64,000 nucleotides of DNA. Origin: Acidobacteriota bacterium. Its GTDB lineage: Bacteria; Acidobacteriota; Thermoanaerobaculia; Multivoradales; UBA5704. The notes under the pieces are model-generated. The model was not told the origin of the DNA. It saw only the letters and a program-made list of their open reading frames with translations, and did no database searches. The stretch lies in contig JBDTZG010000003.1 of assembly GCA_040005235.1 (NCBI GenBank), positions 128,001 to 192,000 of the forward strand. The letters run 5' to 3'. Both the position numbers and the translations under genes were made by a program. Positions 26,847 to 36,844 of the stretch are shown here, piece after piece (the first letter of the stretch is position 1; each line of letters opens with the position of its first letter).

Positions 26847-27871
26847 GCCGCCTCTCCCTCGCTTGGGCCGCCGTCAGGCACCGCGCGGCGGCCGAACAGA
26901 AACAGCGAGAGCGCCACGAACAACACGATCGCGACCGCGATCTTCAGCGGATAGGGGACGGTCTTCGCCGATAGCTGGGAAAACGATCCCTCGATCATTC
27001 CGGCGAGCACCAGGGCCGCCGAGGTGCCGATCAGCATCCGCCAGACGGTCGGAAACGCCTCGCGCAAAGCAGCGCCGCGCGTGACCTCCCCCGGAAACCA
27101 GAACGCGCGCCCCAGCACCAGCCCGGCCGCGCCGGCAAAGACGATCGACGGCAATTCGAGCGCGCCGTGCGGTCCCACCCAGGCGACAAAGAAGACGCCG
27201 ACGCCGTCGAGCACGTAAGACGCCGCGACCGCGCCCAGGATCACGCCGTTCCAAAACAGCAGCCAGATCCCGCCGACGACGGTCGCCGCGGCCAGACCGA
27301 ACGCCAGAAACGAAACCCGAATGTTGTGGGTATAGAGCTGCGAGCCGAAATCCGCCGCCTCCTGGACGGTTGAAATCCGCTCTTCCTTCTTCTCGATCTC
27401 GGCCACCCGCTCGCGCGGGCTCGACGTGAAGAACTCCCCCGGCACGAGATCCTCGGCAAACGAGGGGCGCACCGCGACCGCGCCGAAACCGAGCAGCGCG
27501 CCGGCCCCGAAAGCGATCGAGGCGACCACCACCGCCCGCCGCGCGGTGCGGAACCCGGCGGGGATCTCGCGTGAAAAGAAGCGCACCAGGCGCCGCGCGC
27601 CCCCAAACGACTCCACCCGCCGCGCGCCGTAGACGAAGCGGTAGCCGCGTCCGACCAGGGCGTTCAGCGGGTCGATCAGCTCCGGGTCGGCGGTCGAGGC
27701 GACCAACCGGTTCAGATCCGCCGCGGCGAGCCGGTAGAGCCGGACGATGTCGCGCATCCGCTCCGGCCCCAGCTCCCAGGCAGGCGCCTTGGCCGCCACG
27801 TCGAGCAACTCGTCGAGCCGCCGCCAACGGTCGCGCCCGTCGGCGAGAAGACGTTCCAGGGGTAAGGCCAT
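26843..27871 (-). CDS. SpoIIM-like (DUF95) membrane protein
   Basis: LYRLAAADL, THNIRVSFLAF, NGVILG, PHGALEL, AGMIEG; usual partner of RDD genes. Confidence 0.88.
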   Translation of the reverse strand: MALPLERLLADGRDRWRRLDELLDVAAKAPAWELGPERMRDIVRLYRLAAADLNRLVASTADPELIDPLNALVGRGYRFVYGARRVESFGGARRLVRFFSREIPAGFRTARRAVVVASIAFGAGALLGFGAVAVRPSFAEDLVPGEFFTSSPRERVAEIEKKEERISTVQEAADFGSQLYTHNIRVSFLAFGLAAATVVGGIWLLFWNGVILGAVAASYVLDGVGVFFVAWVGPHGALELPSIVFAGAAGLVLGRAFWFPGEVTRGAALREAFPTVWRMLIGTSAALVLAGMIEGSFSQLSAKTVPYPLKIAVAIVLFVALSLFLFGRRAVPDGGPSEGEAA

Positions 27872-27928
27872 GGGAGGAGTCTATCGCGCCGCCGTGCAGG
27901 TCCTTAAACGGGCGGCCCAATGCCCCAT

Positions 27929-28049
27929 CCCAGGCCTTCAGCCTGGGCTAACGAATACGCGGCCCTTCAGGCCGCAACACGGACATTGCGGTTGATGCAA
28001 CGTGCGGCCTGAAGGGCCGCGTCACGTTAGCCCAGGTCAACGGCCTGGG
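27929..28049. repeat. REP/REPIN-like inverted doublet
   Basis: CCCAGGCCTTCAGCCTGGGCTAACG..CGCGGCCCTTCAGGCCGCA and inverted copy TGCGGCCTGAAGGGCCGCG..CGTTAGCCCAGGTCAACGGCCTGGG. Confidence 0.8.
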
Positions 28050-28728
28050 TCTGGGAGGGCTCCGCGTCGGGCGAAAACAACGACAACAACGGCAATCCCG
28101 CCCGGCGGCGCACCGCCTGGCGGCGCAGGCGTTCGCGCGCGTTTTCAATCTCGGCAGCCGGCAGGCGTCCGGCGAGCTTTTTCAGGCTTTTTTCGACCTC
28201 GGCCGCAACCGCCGCGAGGTCTTCGGGGGCAAAAGCGCGGTCGGTTCGGTCCAACATCTCGGCGTCGAGCGCGGCGAGGTGCCGCTCGACCGTTTCGGCG
28301 TAGGCGGCCGGAGAGGATAGGGCGCGCACCCGCGCCGCGATCTCTCCGGCCGCCGCCGCACCCGTCCGGTCCAGAGCAGCCCCGAGCGCCGCGAGCCGCG
28401 CCGGCAGGTCGAGCGCAGGGGCCGGCATCGTCTCGCCGATCGCCGCGAGGTCGCGAATCTCTTGCCAAGCCGCCTCCACCGCGGGGGCGAAGTAGCGGAG
28501 CGAGGAGACCCTGCCTTTGGCTCCCCGCTCTTGGCGCCTCCCCAGAACCTCAGCGAACACCCGGTCGATCAAGTCGAACGGCACCTCCGCCTCGAACCAC
28601 CCCTGCGCCACTTTCCAGTCGGCGGGCGACAAGAGCAGCGGCACCGCCCGATGGCGGGCGAAGATCTCCTCGATCGCGCGGAAGTACGCCTGATCGGGAG
28701 ATTCGGGGAACGGCTCTTCGACGCCCAA
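28027..28728 (-). CDS. Conserved-looking hypothetical protein
   Basis: YFRAIEEIF...LLSPADW..W...VP, SSLRYF..AV; GC3-rich; co-oriented with neighbours. Confidence 0.7.
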   Translation of the reverse strand: MGVEEPFPESPDQAYFRAIEEIFARHRAVPLLLSPADWKVAQGWFEAEVPFDLIDRVFAEVLGRRQERGAKGRVSSLRYFAPAVEAAWQEIRDLAAIGETMPAPALDLPARLAALGAALDRTGAAAAGEIAARVRALSSPAAYAETVERHLAALDAEMLDRTDRAFAPEDLAAVAAEVEKSLKKLAGRLPAAEIENARERLRRQAVRRRAGLPLLSLFSPDAEPSQTQAVDLG

Positions 28729-28740
28729 GGGACCGTCATG

Positions 28741-31700
28741 TTACGGCACCAGCTCGATCTTCGCCTCCCGGACCTGCTGCCGATATTTCGCCACCGCGTC
28801 GGCGAAGAACGCGTCGACCTCGGCTGAAAACCTGCCGTACGACGCATCGGCCGCGTCCAGATACGCGAGATGCGTGGGACTCGGCGGAGCCCACGACGAG
28901 GTGATGTAGGCCTGGGCGAATCCCAGTTCGGTGAACACGTCGCCGAAACGGACGATGCCCACGGTCTCCGGGCTCTGCCAGGCCTTCTTCTCCAGCTTGG
29001 CGAGGCCTTTCTTCACCTCTTCGCCCTGTTTGATCAGCGGCAGCTCGGCGGCCACCACCTCGTGCTTGCGGATCGCCTCGGCGCTCGCCGCGGTCACCCG
29101 CTCGACCACCGCGTCGATGTCCTTCCGGGTGTTGCGGATCTTCTCGATCGCCACCACCACCTGGTCTTGGAGCTTGCCCGAGCGCTCGATCGCCGCTTCG
29201 CGCGCGGCCCAATCGCCCGCGGTGTTCTGGGTGCGCGGATCGGCCAGCACCTTGACGCTCCCTTCGGCCTTCTCGCCGCGGAACTCAACCGTCACCGCGT
29301 AGGTTCCGGGCGGCAGCTCCGGACCGGTCGCATCGTGCGACCCCGTATCCTCTTCATCCGTCGGGGGCTGGCGGAACGCGTCGCGATCGAGGTTCCAGAC
29401 GATTCGATTCAACCCGCGAACCGCCTTTTGGCGCAACGTCCGCACCACTTTGCCGGAGGCGTCCCGAATCGAGATCTTGATCTTCCCCGCCTCGTCCTTC
29501 TTCGCTTTGTCGTTCTCTTTCTCTTGCCCGCCGGTCGCGACCTCGGGCACCTGGGTCTCCGCGGGCATCTTGGCGCTCTTCGCCGCTTTGAGGTCCTCCG
29601 CGCCCTTGGCCGCCGGCTTTTCATTCTCCGACTCGGCCGCCTTGGCTTCCGCCTTTCGCGCCCGCTCCAACTTCTCGTCGTGCCACGGCAGGTCGTCGCC
29701 GGAAACCGAGACCGCGATCAACGCACCGTACGGCCGGTTGTCCCCCAGGTACTCGCCGTGGCCCAGCCCATACCCTCCGCCTGAGGGGTTGGCCCGCCAG
29801 TGCTGGCGGACGTCGCCGATCTCAAACAGATGAAGCTTCTGGGAAAGCGCCTCCGCTTTGAGGTTGCGCAGCGGCCGGATGTCGTCGATCACGTAGAGCG
29901 ACCGTCCGTGGGTTGCGATCACCAGGTCGCCGTCGCGCGGCTGGACCACCAGATCGTAGACGCCGACGGTCGGCACCCCCTGGCGCCAGGGGCTCCAGGC
30001 CTTGCCGGCATCGAACGAGACCCACAGGCCGAACTCGGTGCCTAGGAAGAGAAGGTTCGGATCGACCGGGTCCTGCTCGATCGCCTGCGAATATCCGCGC
30101 AGCTCCGAGGTGCTGAGGCTCTTCCAGCTCTTGCCGTAGTCGTCGGTGCGGAACACATAGGTCGCGAAGTTCGACCGTCGATGGTCGTCGAACACCACGA
30201 ACGCCGTGCCGCCCGCCCGGCGCGACGCCCGGATGTGCGGAATCCAGGTGTTCGCCGGCACGCCGGGGACGTTCTTTTCCACACTCGTCCAGCTCTTGCC
30301 GCCGTCGCGCGTGACGTGGAGCCGGCCATCGTCCGTGCCGACCCAGATCGTCCCCAGTTCCACCGGCGAAGGCGCGACCGCGAGGATCGTCGTATAGTTC
30401 TCGGCGCCGGTGACGTCAGGGGTCAAGCCGCCGCTCTCGGCCTGCTTTTGCCATTCCGGTTGGTTGGAGGTGAGATCGGGGCTGATGATCTCCCAGGTCT
30501 CCCCCCGGTCTTTGGAGCGGTGGAGGAACTGGCTGCCGAGGTAGATCGTCTGGGGCTCGAACGGATCGATCGCGAAGCCGGCGTTCCAGTTGAAGCGGAG
30601 CTCGGTCCGCTCGGTTTTTCCTGCCACCACCAGCGGCGCGGGCGGTTTGATCTCGCGCGACTCGCCGGTCCGTAGGTTCCAGCGCGACAGGTTTCCCCCC
30701 TGCCACATCGCGTACCCCTGCATCGAATCGTTCGGATCGGGCACGGTGTCGAATCCGTCGCCGCCGCCCACCCCGTCCCACTGGAAGCTGCGCAGGCCGC
30801 CGTTCTGCCACGCGGAGGAAAGACCGCGCCACGAGCCGTTGTCTTGCAGGCCGCCGTAGACGTGGTACGGAACGTCGTTGTCGACCGCCACGTGGTAGAA
30901 CTGGGCGAGCGGCAGGGTGGTCACGAACGCGGCCGATTTGCCGCCATCGTGGGAGACCGCGACGCCCCCATCGTCGCCGACGTAGATCCGTCGGGGATCC
31001 GCGGGATCGATCCACATCGCGTGGTAGTCGCCGTGGATCTCCGAGGCGAACGGCGCGCCATCGAAGGTCTTGCCGTTGTCTTCGGACAGCCGGACGTCGA
31101 AATCGAGAGCGAACAGGCGGTTCGACGCCCGCGGATCGACCCGGATCTCACAGAAGTAGAACGGCCGCGGGTTCACGTTCGGCTTGTCGTTCGCCGTCTT
31201 CCACGACTTCCCGCCGTCTTCCGAGCGGAGCAGCGCGCTCTTCTTCGCCTCGACCAACGCGTAGACGACGTCAGGGTTCGAGCGCGAGAACGCGAGTCCG
31301 ATCCGACCGATCTCGCCGCCGGGCAGTCCATCGTCCTCGGTCGCTTTCTCCCACGTTTCGCCGCCGTCGAACGAGCTCCACAGTCCGGAGCCGGGGCCGC
31401 CCGATCTGAACGAATACGGCCAGCGCCGGTATTGCCAGGTGGTGGCGAGCAGGTGGTTAGGATGGCCGGGGTCGATCGCGATGTCGGAGGCGCCGGTCTT
31501 CTCGTCGACGTAGAGGACCTTGCGCCAGCTCTTGCCGCCGTCGGTGGTCTTGTAGACGCCGCGCTCGGCGTTTTCGCCCCACGCGTGCCCAAGCGCCGCC
31601 ACCCAGGCGACGTCGGGGTTTTTCGGATCGAGCGCGATGTGGCGAATCCGCTCCGTCCCGTCGAGGCCCAGGTGAGTCCAGGTCTTCCCTCCGTTGAGCG

Positions 31701-32076
31701 AACGGTAGACCCCGTTGCCAACGGACGCCGAGTTGCGCACGTTCCCCTCGCCGGTGCCGACCCAGACGATCTCCGGATTCGCCTGGAAGATCGCGATCGC
31801 TCCGATCGCCGCCACCGGCTGGTCGTCGAAGATCGGATCGAACGAGAGGCCGCCGTTGGTCGATTTCCACACTCCGCCGGTCGCCGCCCCGACGTAGACG
31901 ACGTCCGGATTCGCCTCCACCGCATCGATCGCCGCCACCCGGCCGCTCATCCCCGCCGGCCCGATCGACCGGGCCTTGAGCCCCGAAAGCAGGTTCGTAT
32001 CGATCCCCGCGGCGCCAACCGGCCCCACGAAAAGCATCAGCGCAAGCAACGACAGCCCCAGAACGATCCGCTTCAT
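28741..32076 (-). CDS. Secreted VPS10/sortilin-like BNR (Asp-box) repeat protein
   Basis: RSIGPAGMSGRV, many S/T-x-D-G-G-x-S/T-W Asp boxes, YGGLQDNGSW. Confidence 0.9.
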   Translation of the reverse strand: MKRIVLGLSLLALMLFVGPVGAAGIDTNLLSGLKARSIGPAGMSGRVAAIDAVEANPDVVYVGAATGGVWKSTNGGLSFDPIFDDQPVAAIGAIAIFQANPEIVWVGTGEGNVRNSASVGNGVYRSLNGGKTWTHLGLDGTERIRHIALDPKNPDVAWVAALGHAWGENAERGVYKTTDGGKSWRKVLYVDEKTGASDIAIDPGHPNHLLATTWQYRRWPYSFRSGGPGSGLWSSFDGGETWEKATEDDGLPGGEIGRIGLAFSRSNPDVVYALVEAKKSALLRSEDGGKSWKTANDKPNVNPRPFYFCEIRVDPRASNRLFALDFDVRLSEDNGKTFDGAPFASEIHGDYHAMWIDPADPRRIYVGDDGGVAVSHDGGKSAAFVTTLPLAQFYHVAVDNDVPYHVYGGLQDNGSWRGLSSAWQNGGLRSFQWDGVGGGDGFDTVPDPNDSMQGYAMWQGGNLSRWNLRTGESREIKPPAPLVVAGKTERTELRFNWNAGFAIDPFEPQTIYLGSQFLHRSKDRGETWEIISPDLTSNQPEWQKQAESGGLTPDVTGAENYTTILAVAPSPVELGTIWVGTDDGRLHVTRDGGKSWTSVEKNVPGVPANTWIPHIRASRRAGGTAFVVFDDHRRSNFATYVFRTDDYGKSWKSLSTSELRGYSQAIEQDPVDPNLLFLGTEFGLWVSFDAGKAWSPWRQGVPTVGVYDLVVQPRDGDLVIATHGRSLYVIDDIRPLRNLKAEALSQKLHLFEIGDVRQHWRANPSGGGYGLGHGEYLGDNRPYGALIAVSVSGDDLPWHDEKLERARKAEAKAAESENEKPAAKGAEDLKAAKSAKMPAETQVPEVATGGQEKENDKAKKDEAGKIKISIRDASGKVVRTLRQKAVRGLNRIVWNLDRDAFRQPPTDEEDTGSHDATGPELPPGTYAVTVEFRGEKAEGSVKVLADPRTQNTAGDWAAREAAIERSGKLQDQVVVAIEKIRNTRKDIDAVVERVTAASAEAIRKHEVVAAELPLIKQGEEVKKGLAKLEKKAWQSPETVGIVRFGDVFTELGFAQAYITSSWAPPSPTHLAYLDAADASYGRFSAEVDAFFADAVAKYRQQVREAKIELVP

Positions 32077-32186
32077 CTAGCCATCCCCCAAGTCTTCGTC
32101 GGCCCCGCGGGCAAGGCACACCCCTCCCCCACGCCGGTGCGACGGTCTCGGGAGGATCTTACGGAGGTCTCGGGGGAAAGTTTGGT

Positions 32187-34343
32187 CTAACCCTTGGGTT
32201 TCGTCGTCTCTACCGGCACCGTCTTCTTGCCGACGTCCCAGCGGTCCAGCCAGCCGAAGAACTCCTTCCACCAGAGCAGCGCCGCCTGGGGCTTCAAGAT
32301 CCAGTGGTTCTCGTCGGGGAAGATGACGATCCGGCTGGGGATGCCTTTGGCGGCGAGGACCTGATGGAGGTTGATGCCTTGGCTCACCGGTACGCGGAAG
32401 TCGCGTTCGCCGTGGAGGATGAGGGTGGGAGTCTTGAAGTTCTTGGCGTAGTAGCTCGGCGACCAGCGGACGATGCGCTGCGGGTCCTGCCAGGGGGTGG
32501 AACCGTAGTTGCCCGACCGGCCCCAGATCGAGTCGGAGGCGAACTGCGCCATTAGGTCGTAGACCCCGGCGTGGGAGATGAGCGCGGAATAGCGGTCGGT
32601 GTGGCCGAGAATCCAGTCGATCATGTAGCCGCCGTAGGAGCCGCCCGCGGCGAATAGGCGCTTGGAATCGACCCAGCCGCGCTTGATCAGCTCGTCGGTG
32701 GCGGCCTGAATATCGGCGAACGGCTTGTCGCCGTGGGCGCCGACGATCGATTCAGCGAACGCCTGGCCGTAGCCGGTCGAGCCGTGGAAGTTGACCATCG
32801 CGACCAGGAAGCCGTGCGAGGCCATCAGCCGGGCGTTCCAGCGGAACGAGAACTCGTCCTGGAAGGCGCCGAACGGCCCGCCGTGAATCGCCTGAAGGAG
32901 CGGCGCCTTGGTCTTACCTTCCTCGAAACCGGGCGGAAAGATGATCACCACGTGAACCTTCTGGCCGCCGGCCCCGGCGATGTCGAGGTCGGTCGTTTCG
33001 ATCGGGTCGAGCTTAGAGATGCGCTCGTTGTTGAACGAGCTGAGTAGAGTCTCGGAGTCGGGGTCCGAAAGCGCCACGGAGTGCAGCTCGGCCGGCGCGC
33101 GCAGGGAGGTGCGGGTAAAGACGACCTGGCCCGCCGCTCCGCAGTCGGCGCCCGCGAGCACCCCGCCGCGCGCGAGCACCTTCAACGGTTCGCCGCCGGA
33201 TGCCGGAGCGAGGTAGAGGTTGATCTTCGCGCGCTCTTCGACCAGCAGCAGCAGCTCGCCCGCCGGGCCGAAGCCGGAGAGGCTGGGCGCCACGTCCCAT
33301 TTCGAGAACAGCTCTTCGCTCTTGCTGGTGGTGCGGTCGAACCGGGCAAGGTGCGCGAAATCGGGATCGACCTCCCGGCGCCGGGTGCGCGAGTAGTAGA
33401 TGTAGCGGCTATCCGGCGAGTAGCGCGGCGAGGTCTCGTCGGCCGGCTGGTCGGCGGTCAGATCGCGGATCGGCCCGGCCGGCTCGCCGGTGGGAGAAAG
33501 CGCGAGCGAATAGACATCGCTGTTGATGTCCTTCCACGGGGAGGCGGTGGCATTGGCGGAAAAGGCGATTTCTCCGCCGTCCCTGGCGAGATCCCAATCG
33601 ATTCCGCCACCCTGAAACTGGGTGCGGCGATCCATGCCCGGCGTGAGGTCGCGCACCTTCTTGGTCGAAAGGTCGAGCACGAACAGGTGGGCGACCGTGC
33701 CCTCGGTGACGTAGGTGTCCCAGGCGCGCAGCCAGAGCCCGTCGGCGATCTTCGCCTGGGTCTTGTCATCTTTCTGCTCGCTGAGCCGCTTTTTCACCTT
33801 GTCCCAATCGTCGTTCAGATCCGGAAAGGTCGAGGCTGCGAAGAACAGGCGCGCGCCGTCCGGGCTCCACTTGGCGGCCGAGGGCGAGACCGGCAGGTCG
33901 GTCGCCGGCTGCGCCTCTCCCCCGTCAAGCGATAGGAGATAGAGCTGAGCCGGCTTGTCCTTGTCGCCGCCGCGCTTCGAAACGAACGCGATCCTTTTGC
34001 CGTCCGGGCTCCAGCTGGGGCTGCCGTCGGTCTCCTCGTTCCAGGTCAGCCGCCGCGGCGGCACGGTGCCGTCGGTGGGCACCAGCCAAAGGTCGGAATT
34101 TCCCTTGTTCTTGTCGACCGAATAGGCGGTGACCGAAAAGACCGCGCTATTCCCGTCGGGCGAGACCGCGACCGAGCCAACGCGTTCCATCGCCCAGAGA
34201 TCCTCGGGCGTCATCGGATGCGTGACGACGGCGTCCGGATCATTCTCCGCAGCGGCAGGCGGAGGATCGGCGGCGAATATCGGGACGGAGCAGACGACCA
34301 GAAGACCGAGACAGAGCCGGAGGGACAGTTTTCGCAGGTTCAT
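32187..34343 (-). CDS. S9 family (acylaminoacyl/dipeptidyl) peptidase with PD40 repeats, secreted
   Basis: WSPDG repeats, IHGGP, GGSYGG, HGERDFRV, FPDENH. Confidence 0.93.
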   Translation of the reverse strand: MNLRKLSLRLCLGLLVVCSVPIFAADPPPAAAENDPDAVVTHPMTPEDLWAMERVGSVAVSPDGNSAVFSVTAYSVDKNKGNSDLWLVPTDGTVPPRRLTWNEETDGSPSWSPDGKRIAFVSKRGGDKDKPAQLYLLSLDGGEAQPATDLPVSPSAAKWSPDGARLFFAASTFPDLNDDWDKVKKRLSEQKDDKTQAKIADGLWLRAWDTYVTEGTVAHLFVLDLSTKKVRDLTPGMDRRTQFQGGGIDWDLARDGGEIAFSANATASPWKDINSDVYSLALSPTGEPAGPIRDLTADQPADETSPRYSPDSRYIYYSRTRRREVDPDFAHLARFDRTTSKSEELFSKWDVAPSLSGFGPAGELLLLVEERAKINLYLAPASGGEPLKVLARGGVLAGADCGAAGQVVFTRTSLRAPAELHSVALSDPDSETLLSSFNNERISKLDPIETTDLDIAGAGGQKVHVVIIFPPGFEEGKTKAPLLQAIHGGPFGAFQDEFSFRWNARLMASHGFLVAMVNFHGSTGYGQAFAESIVGAHGDKPFADIQAATDELIKRGWVDSKRLFAAGGSYGGYMIDWILGHTDRYSALISHAGVYDLMAQFASDSIWGRSGNYGSTPWQDPQRIVRWSPSYYAKNFKTPTLILHGERDFRVPVSQGINLHQVLAAKGIPSRIVIFPDENHWILKPQAALLWWKEFFGWLDRWDVGKKTVPVETTKPKG

Positions 34344-34434
34344 GGCGCGCGGATGTTACACCGCCGCCGCGCCCATAGACCTGGCCCCGTTTTCACGTCG
34401 CCGTGGTGGTCGGTGCTCGGGGATTTTTTGGGCG

Positions 34435-36813
34435 TCAGACGGAGGTCGGCTCCATTTCGAACGTCGATTCGTCCGGCAGGGCGGCGATCGCCACCGGTTC
34501 CTCTTCCGGTTCGGGCTCTTCGACCGGGATGGCCAGTGCTTTACGGGTCGGCTCGATCGTGAGGTCGCGCCGCAGGACGATGCCGGAAAGCGGCGGGAGC
34601 GTCAGGCGCACGGACCAGTCCCAGGCACCGAGCGATTCTTCTTCCGCTTCGACGCCGTCCGGATTGCCGGTTCCTGTGCCGCCGTAGAGGGTCGAATCGC
34701 TGTTCAAGACCTCGCGCCAGACGCCGCCTTGGGGTAGGCCCACGGGGTAGTTCTCGCGCAGAACGGGGGTGAAGTTGAGGACGATCGCGACCGGTTCGCC
34801 TTCGGGGTCGGCGGGTTTCCTCAGGATTGCGAGGACGCTCCGTTGCGCGTCGCTGCAATCGAGCCATTCGAAGCCTTCGCTCGGTTTCGCGTCCAGCTCG
34901 TGGAGTGCCGGCTCATCGATATAGAGGTGGTTCGCGTCGCGGACGAACGCGTGGAGCCCCGCGTGCTGCGGGTCGTCGAGCAGATGCCAGTCGAGGCTGG
35001 TGTCGTGGTTCCACTCGCGCCACTGGCCGATTTCGCCGCCCATGAATAGGAGCTTCTTGCCCGGCTGGGCCAGCATGTAGGCGAACAGCAAGCGCAGGTT
35101 GGCGAAGCGCTCGGCGAGGTCGCCGGGCATCTTGCCGATCAGCGAGCCCTTCACATGGACCACCTCGTCATGCGACAGCGGCAGGACGAAGTTTTCGCTC
35201 CCGGCGTACATCGCCCGAAAGGTGAGCAGGCCGTGGTGGTGGCTCCTCGCGAGCGGATCGAGGGCGAAGTACTTCAAGGTGTCGTGCATCCACCCCATGT
35301 CCCACTTCATGTCGAAGCCGAGACCGCCGTCTTCGACCGGGCGGGAGACCAGCGGCCAGGCGGTCGATTCCTCGGCGACGCACAGGGTGTCGGGGAAGCG
35401 CTCGGCGATCTGCCGGTTCAGGGAGTGAAGGAAATCGATCGCTTCGAGGTTCTCGCGCCCGCCGTGGACGTTCGGCTCCCACCCCCCTTCGCCGCGCGAA
35501 TAGTCGCGATAGAGCATCGAGGCCACGGCGTCCACGCGCAAGCCGTCGGCGTGGTAGAGGTCGAGCCAGAACAACGCTGACGAGACCAGGAAGCTCTGGA
35601 CCTCGTGGCGGCCATAGTTGAAGATCAGGCTCCCCCAATCGGGATGGAAGCCCAGGCGCGGATCGGCGTGCTCGTAGAGGTAGGTGCCGTCGAAATATCC
35701 GAGTGCGAACTCGTCGGTCGGAAAGTGCGAGGGGACCCAATCGAGCAGGACGCCGATGCCGCGCTGGTGGAGCGTGTCGATCAGGAACATCAGGTCCTGC
35801 GGCGAGCCGTAACGGCTGGTGGCGGCGAAGAATCCCGTCACCTGGTAGCCCCAAGAGCCGTAGAACGGATGCTCCATCACCGGCAACAGCTCGACGTGGG
35901 TGAAGCCCATTTCGACCGCGTAGTCGGCGAGCGCGGGCGCCAGCTCGCGATAGGTCATCGGCCGCGGCTCTTCCCCGTCGTCCGAGGCCAGGCGGCGCCA
36001 CGAGCCCAAATGCACCTCGTAGATCGAGACCGGCGCGTCGAGCGCGTTGTTGGCTTTGCGCCCGGCCATCCAATCGCCGTCCTGCCAAACGTAATCGAGC
36101 GTGGCGACGATCGACGCCTGTTCGGGCGGGACCTGCGCGGTGAACGCGAACGGATCGGCTTTATCGGCCTGGTAGTTGGCGAAGCGCGATTCGACCCGGT
36201 ACTTGTAGCGCGCGCCGAGGGCGACGCCGGGAATGAACGCCGCCCAGACGCCGGAACCACCCAAGCGGGCGAGGGGATCGACCCCCGCCTTCCAGCCGTT
36301 CCAGTCGCCGATCAGAGAGACCCGCTCGGCATCGGGCGCCCAGACGGAGAAGTACGTCCCCGGCTTGCCGTCGGGCGAGACGCCGACGCGCGAGCCGAGC
36401 TTGTCGTACAGCCGGAAGTGGGTGCCGCCGTTGAACAGCCAAAGGTCCTGCTCGGTCAACAGGGTGAAAGGGGCGACGGAGGTAGGAGGAGTAGAAGCAA
36501 CAGCAGAAACAACAGCGTCTGGGTGGGAAGGAGCAGTCGGGGCGATCGAGGCGAGCTCAGCGCTCTCGGCCGGTTTCGCCGCTTTCTTCAGCGCCGGCTT
36601 CACCGCCGGCTTGACCGCCTTCTTCGCGGCCTTGAGCGGAGCCGCCGGGGCTTCCTTAGCCGCCGCCCGCGCACGCCCTGGAGCTATGACTTCAATTGCC
36701 TGCCCACGGGCAGGCGCCTTTTTCTTTTTTTCTTCACCTGAAGCTTTTGCTGTTTTTTCTGCTTTCGCGGGAGTTGCTACTTTCTTCTTTGGGGTCTTCT
36801 TCGTTTCGCTCAT
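34435..36813 (-). CDS. glgB: 1,4-alpha-glucan branching enzyme
   Basis: [47 protein letters not shown]. Confidence 0.97.
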   Translation of the reverse strand: MSETKKTPKKKVATPAKAEKTAKASGEEKKKKAPARGQAIEVIAPGRARAAAKEAPAAPLKAAKKAVKPAVKPALKKAAKPAESAELASIAPTAPSHPDAVVSAVASTPPTSVAPFTLLTEQDLWLFNGGTHFRLYDKLGSRVGVSPDGKPGTYFSVWAPDAERVSLIGDWNGWKAGVDPLARLGGSGVWAAFIPGVALGARYKYRVESRFANYQADKADPFAFTAQVPPEQASIVATLDYVWQDGDWMAGRKANNALDAPVSIYEVHLGSWRRLASDDGEEPRPMTYRELAPALADYAVEMGFTHVELLPVMEHPFYGSWGYQVTGFFAATSRYGSPQDLMFLIDTLHQRGIGVLLDWVPSHFPTDEFALGYFDGTYLYEHADPRLGFHPDWGSLIFNYGRHEVQSFLVSSALFWLDLYHADGLRVDAVASMLYRDYSRGEGGWEPNVHGGRENLEAIDFLHSLNRQIAERFPDTLCVAEESTAWPLVSRPVEDGGLGFDMKWDMGWMHDTLKYFALDPLARSHHHGLLTFRAMYAGSENFVLPLSHDEVVHVKGSLIGKMPGDLAERFANLRLLFAYMLAQPGKKLLFMGGEIGQWREWNHDTSLDWHLLDDPQHAGLHAFVRDANHLYIDEPALHELDAKPSEGFEWLDCSDAQRSVLAILRKPADPEGEPVAIVLNFTPVLRENYPVGLPQGGVWREVLNSDSTLYGGTGTGNPDGVEAEEESLGAWDWSVRLTLPPLSGIVLRRDLTIEPTRKALAIPVEEPEPEEEPVAIAALPDESTFEMEPTSV

Positions 36814-36844
36814 CCGGCGATCGTATCAGGCGCTCTCTTGAGTC

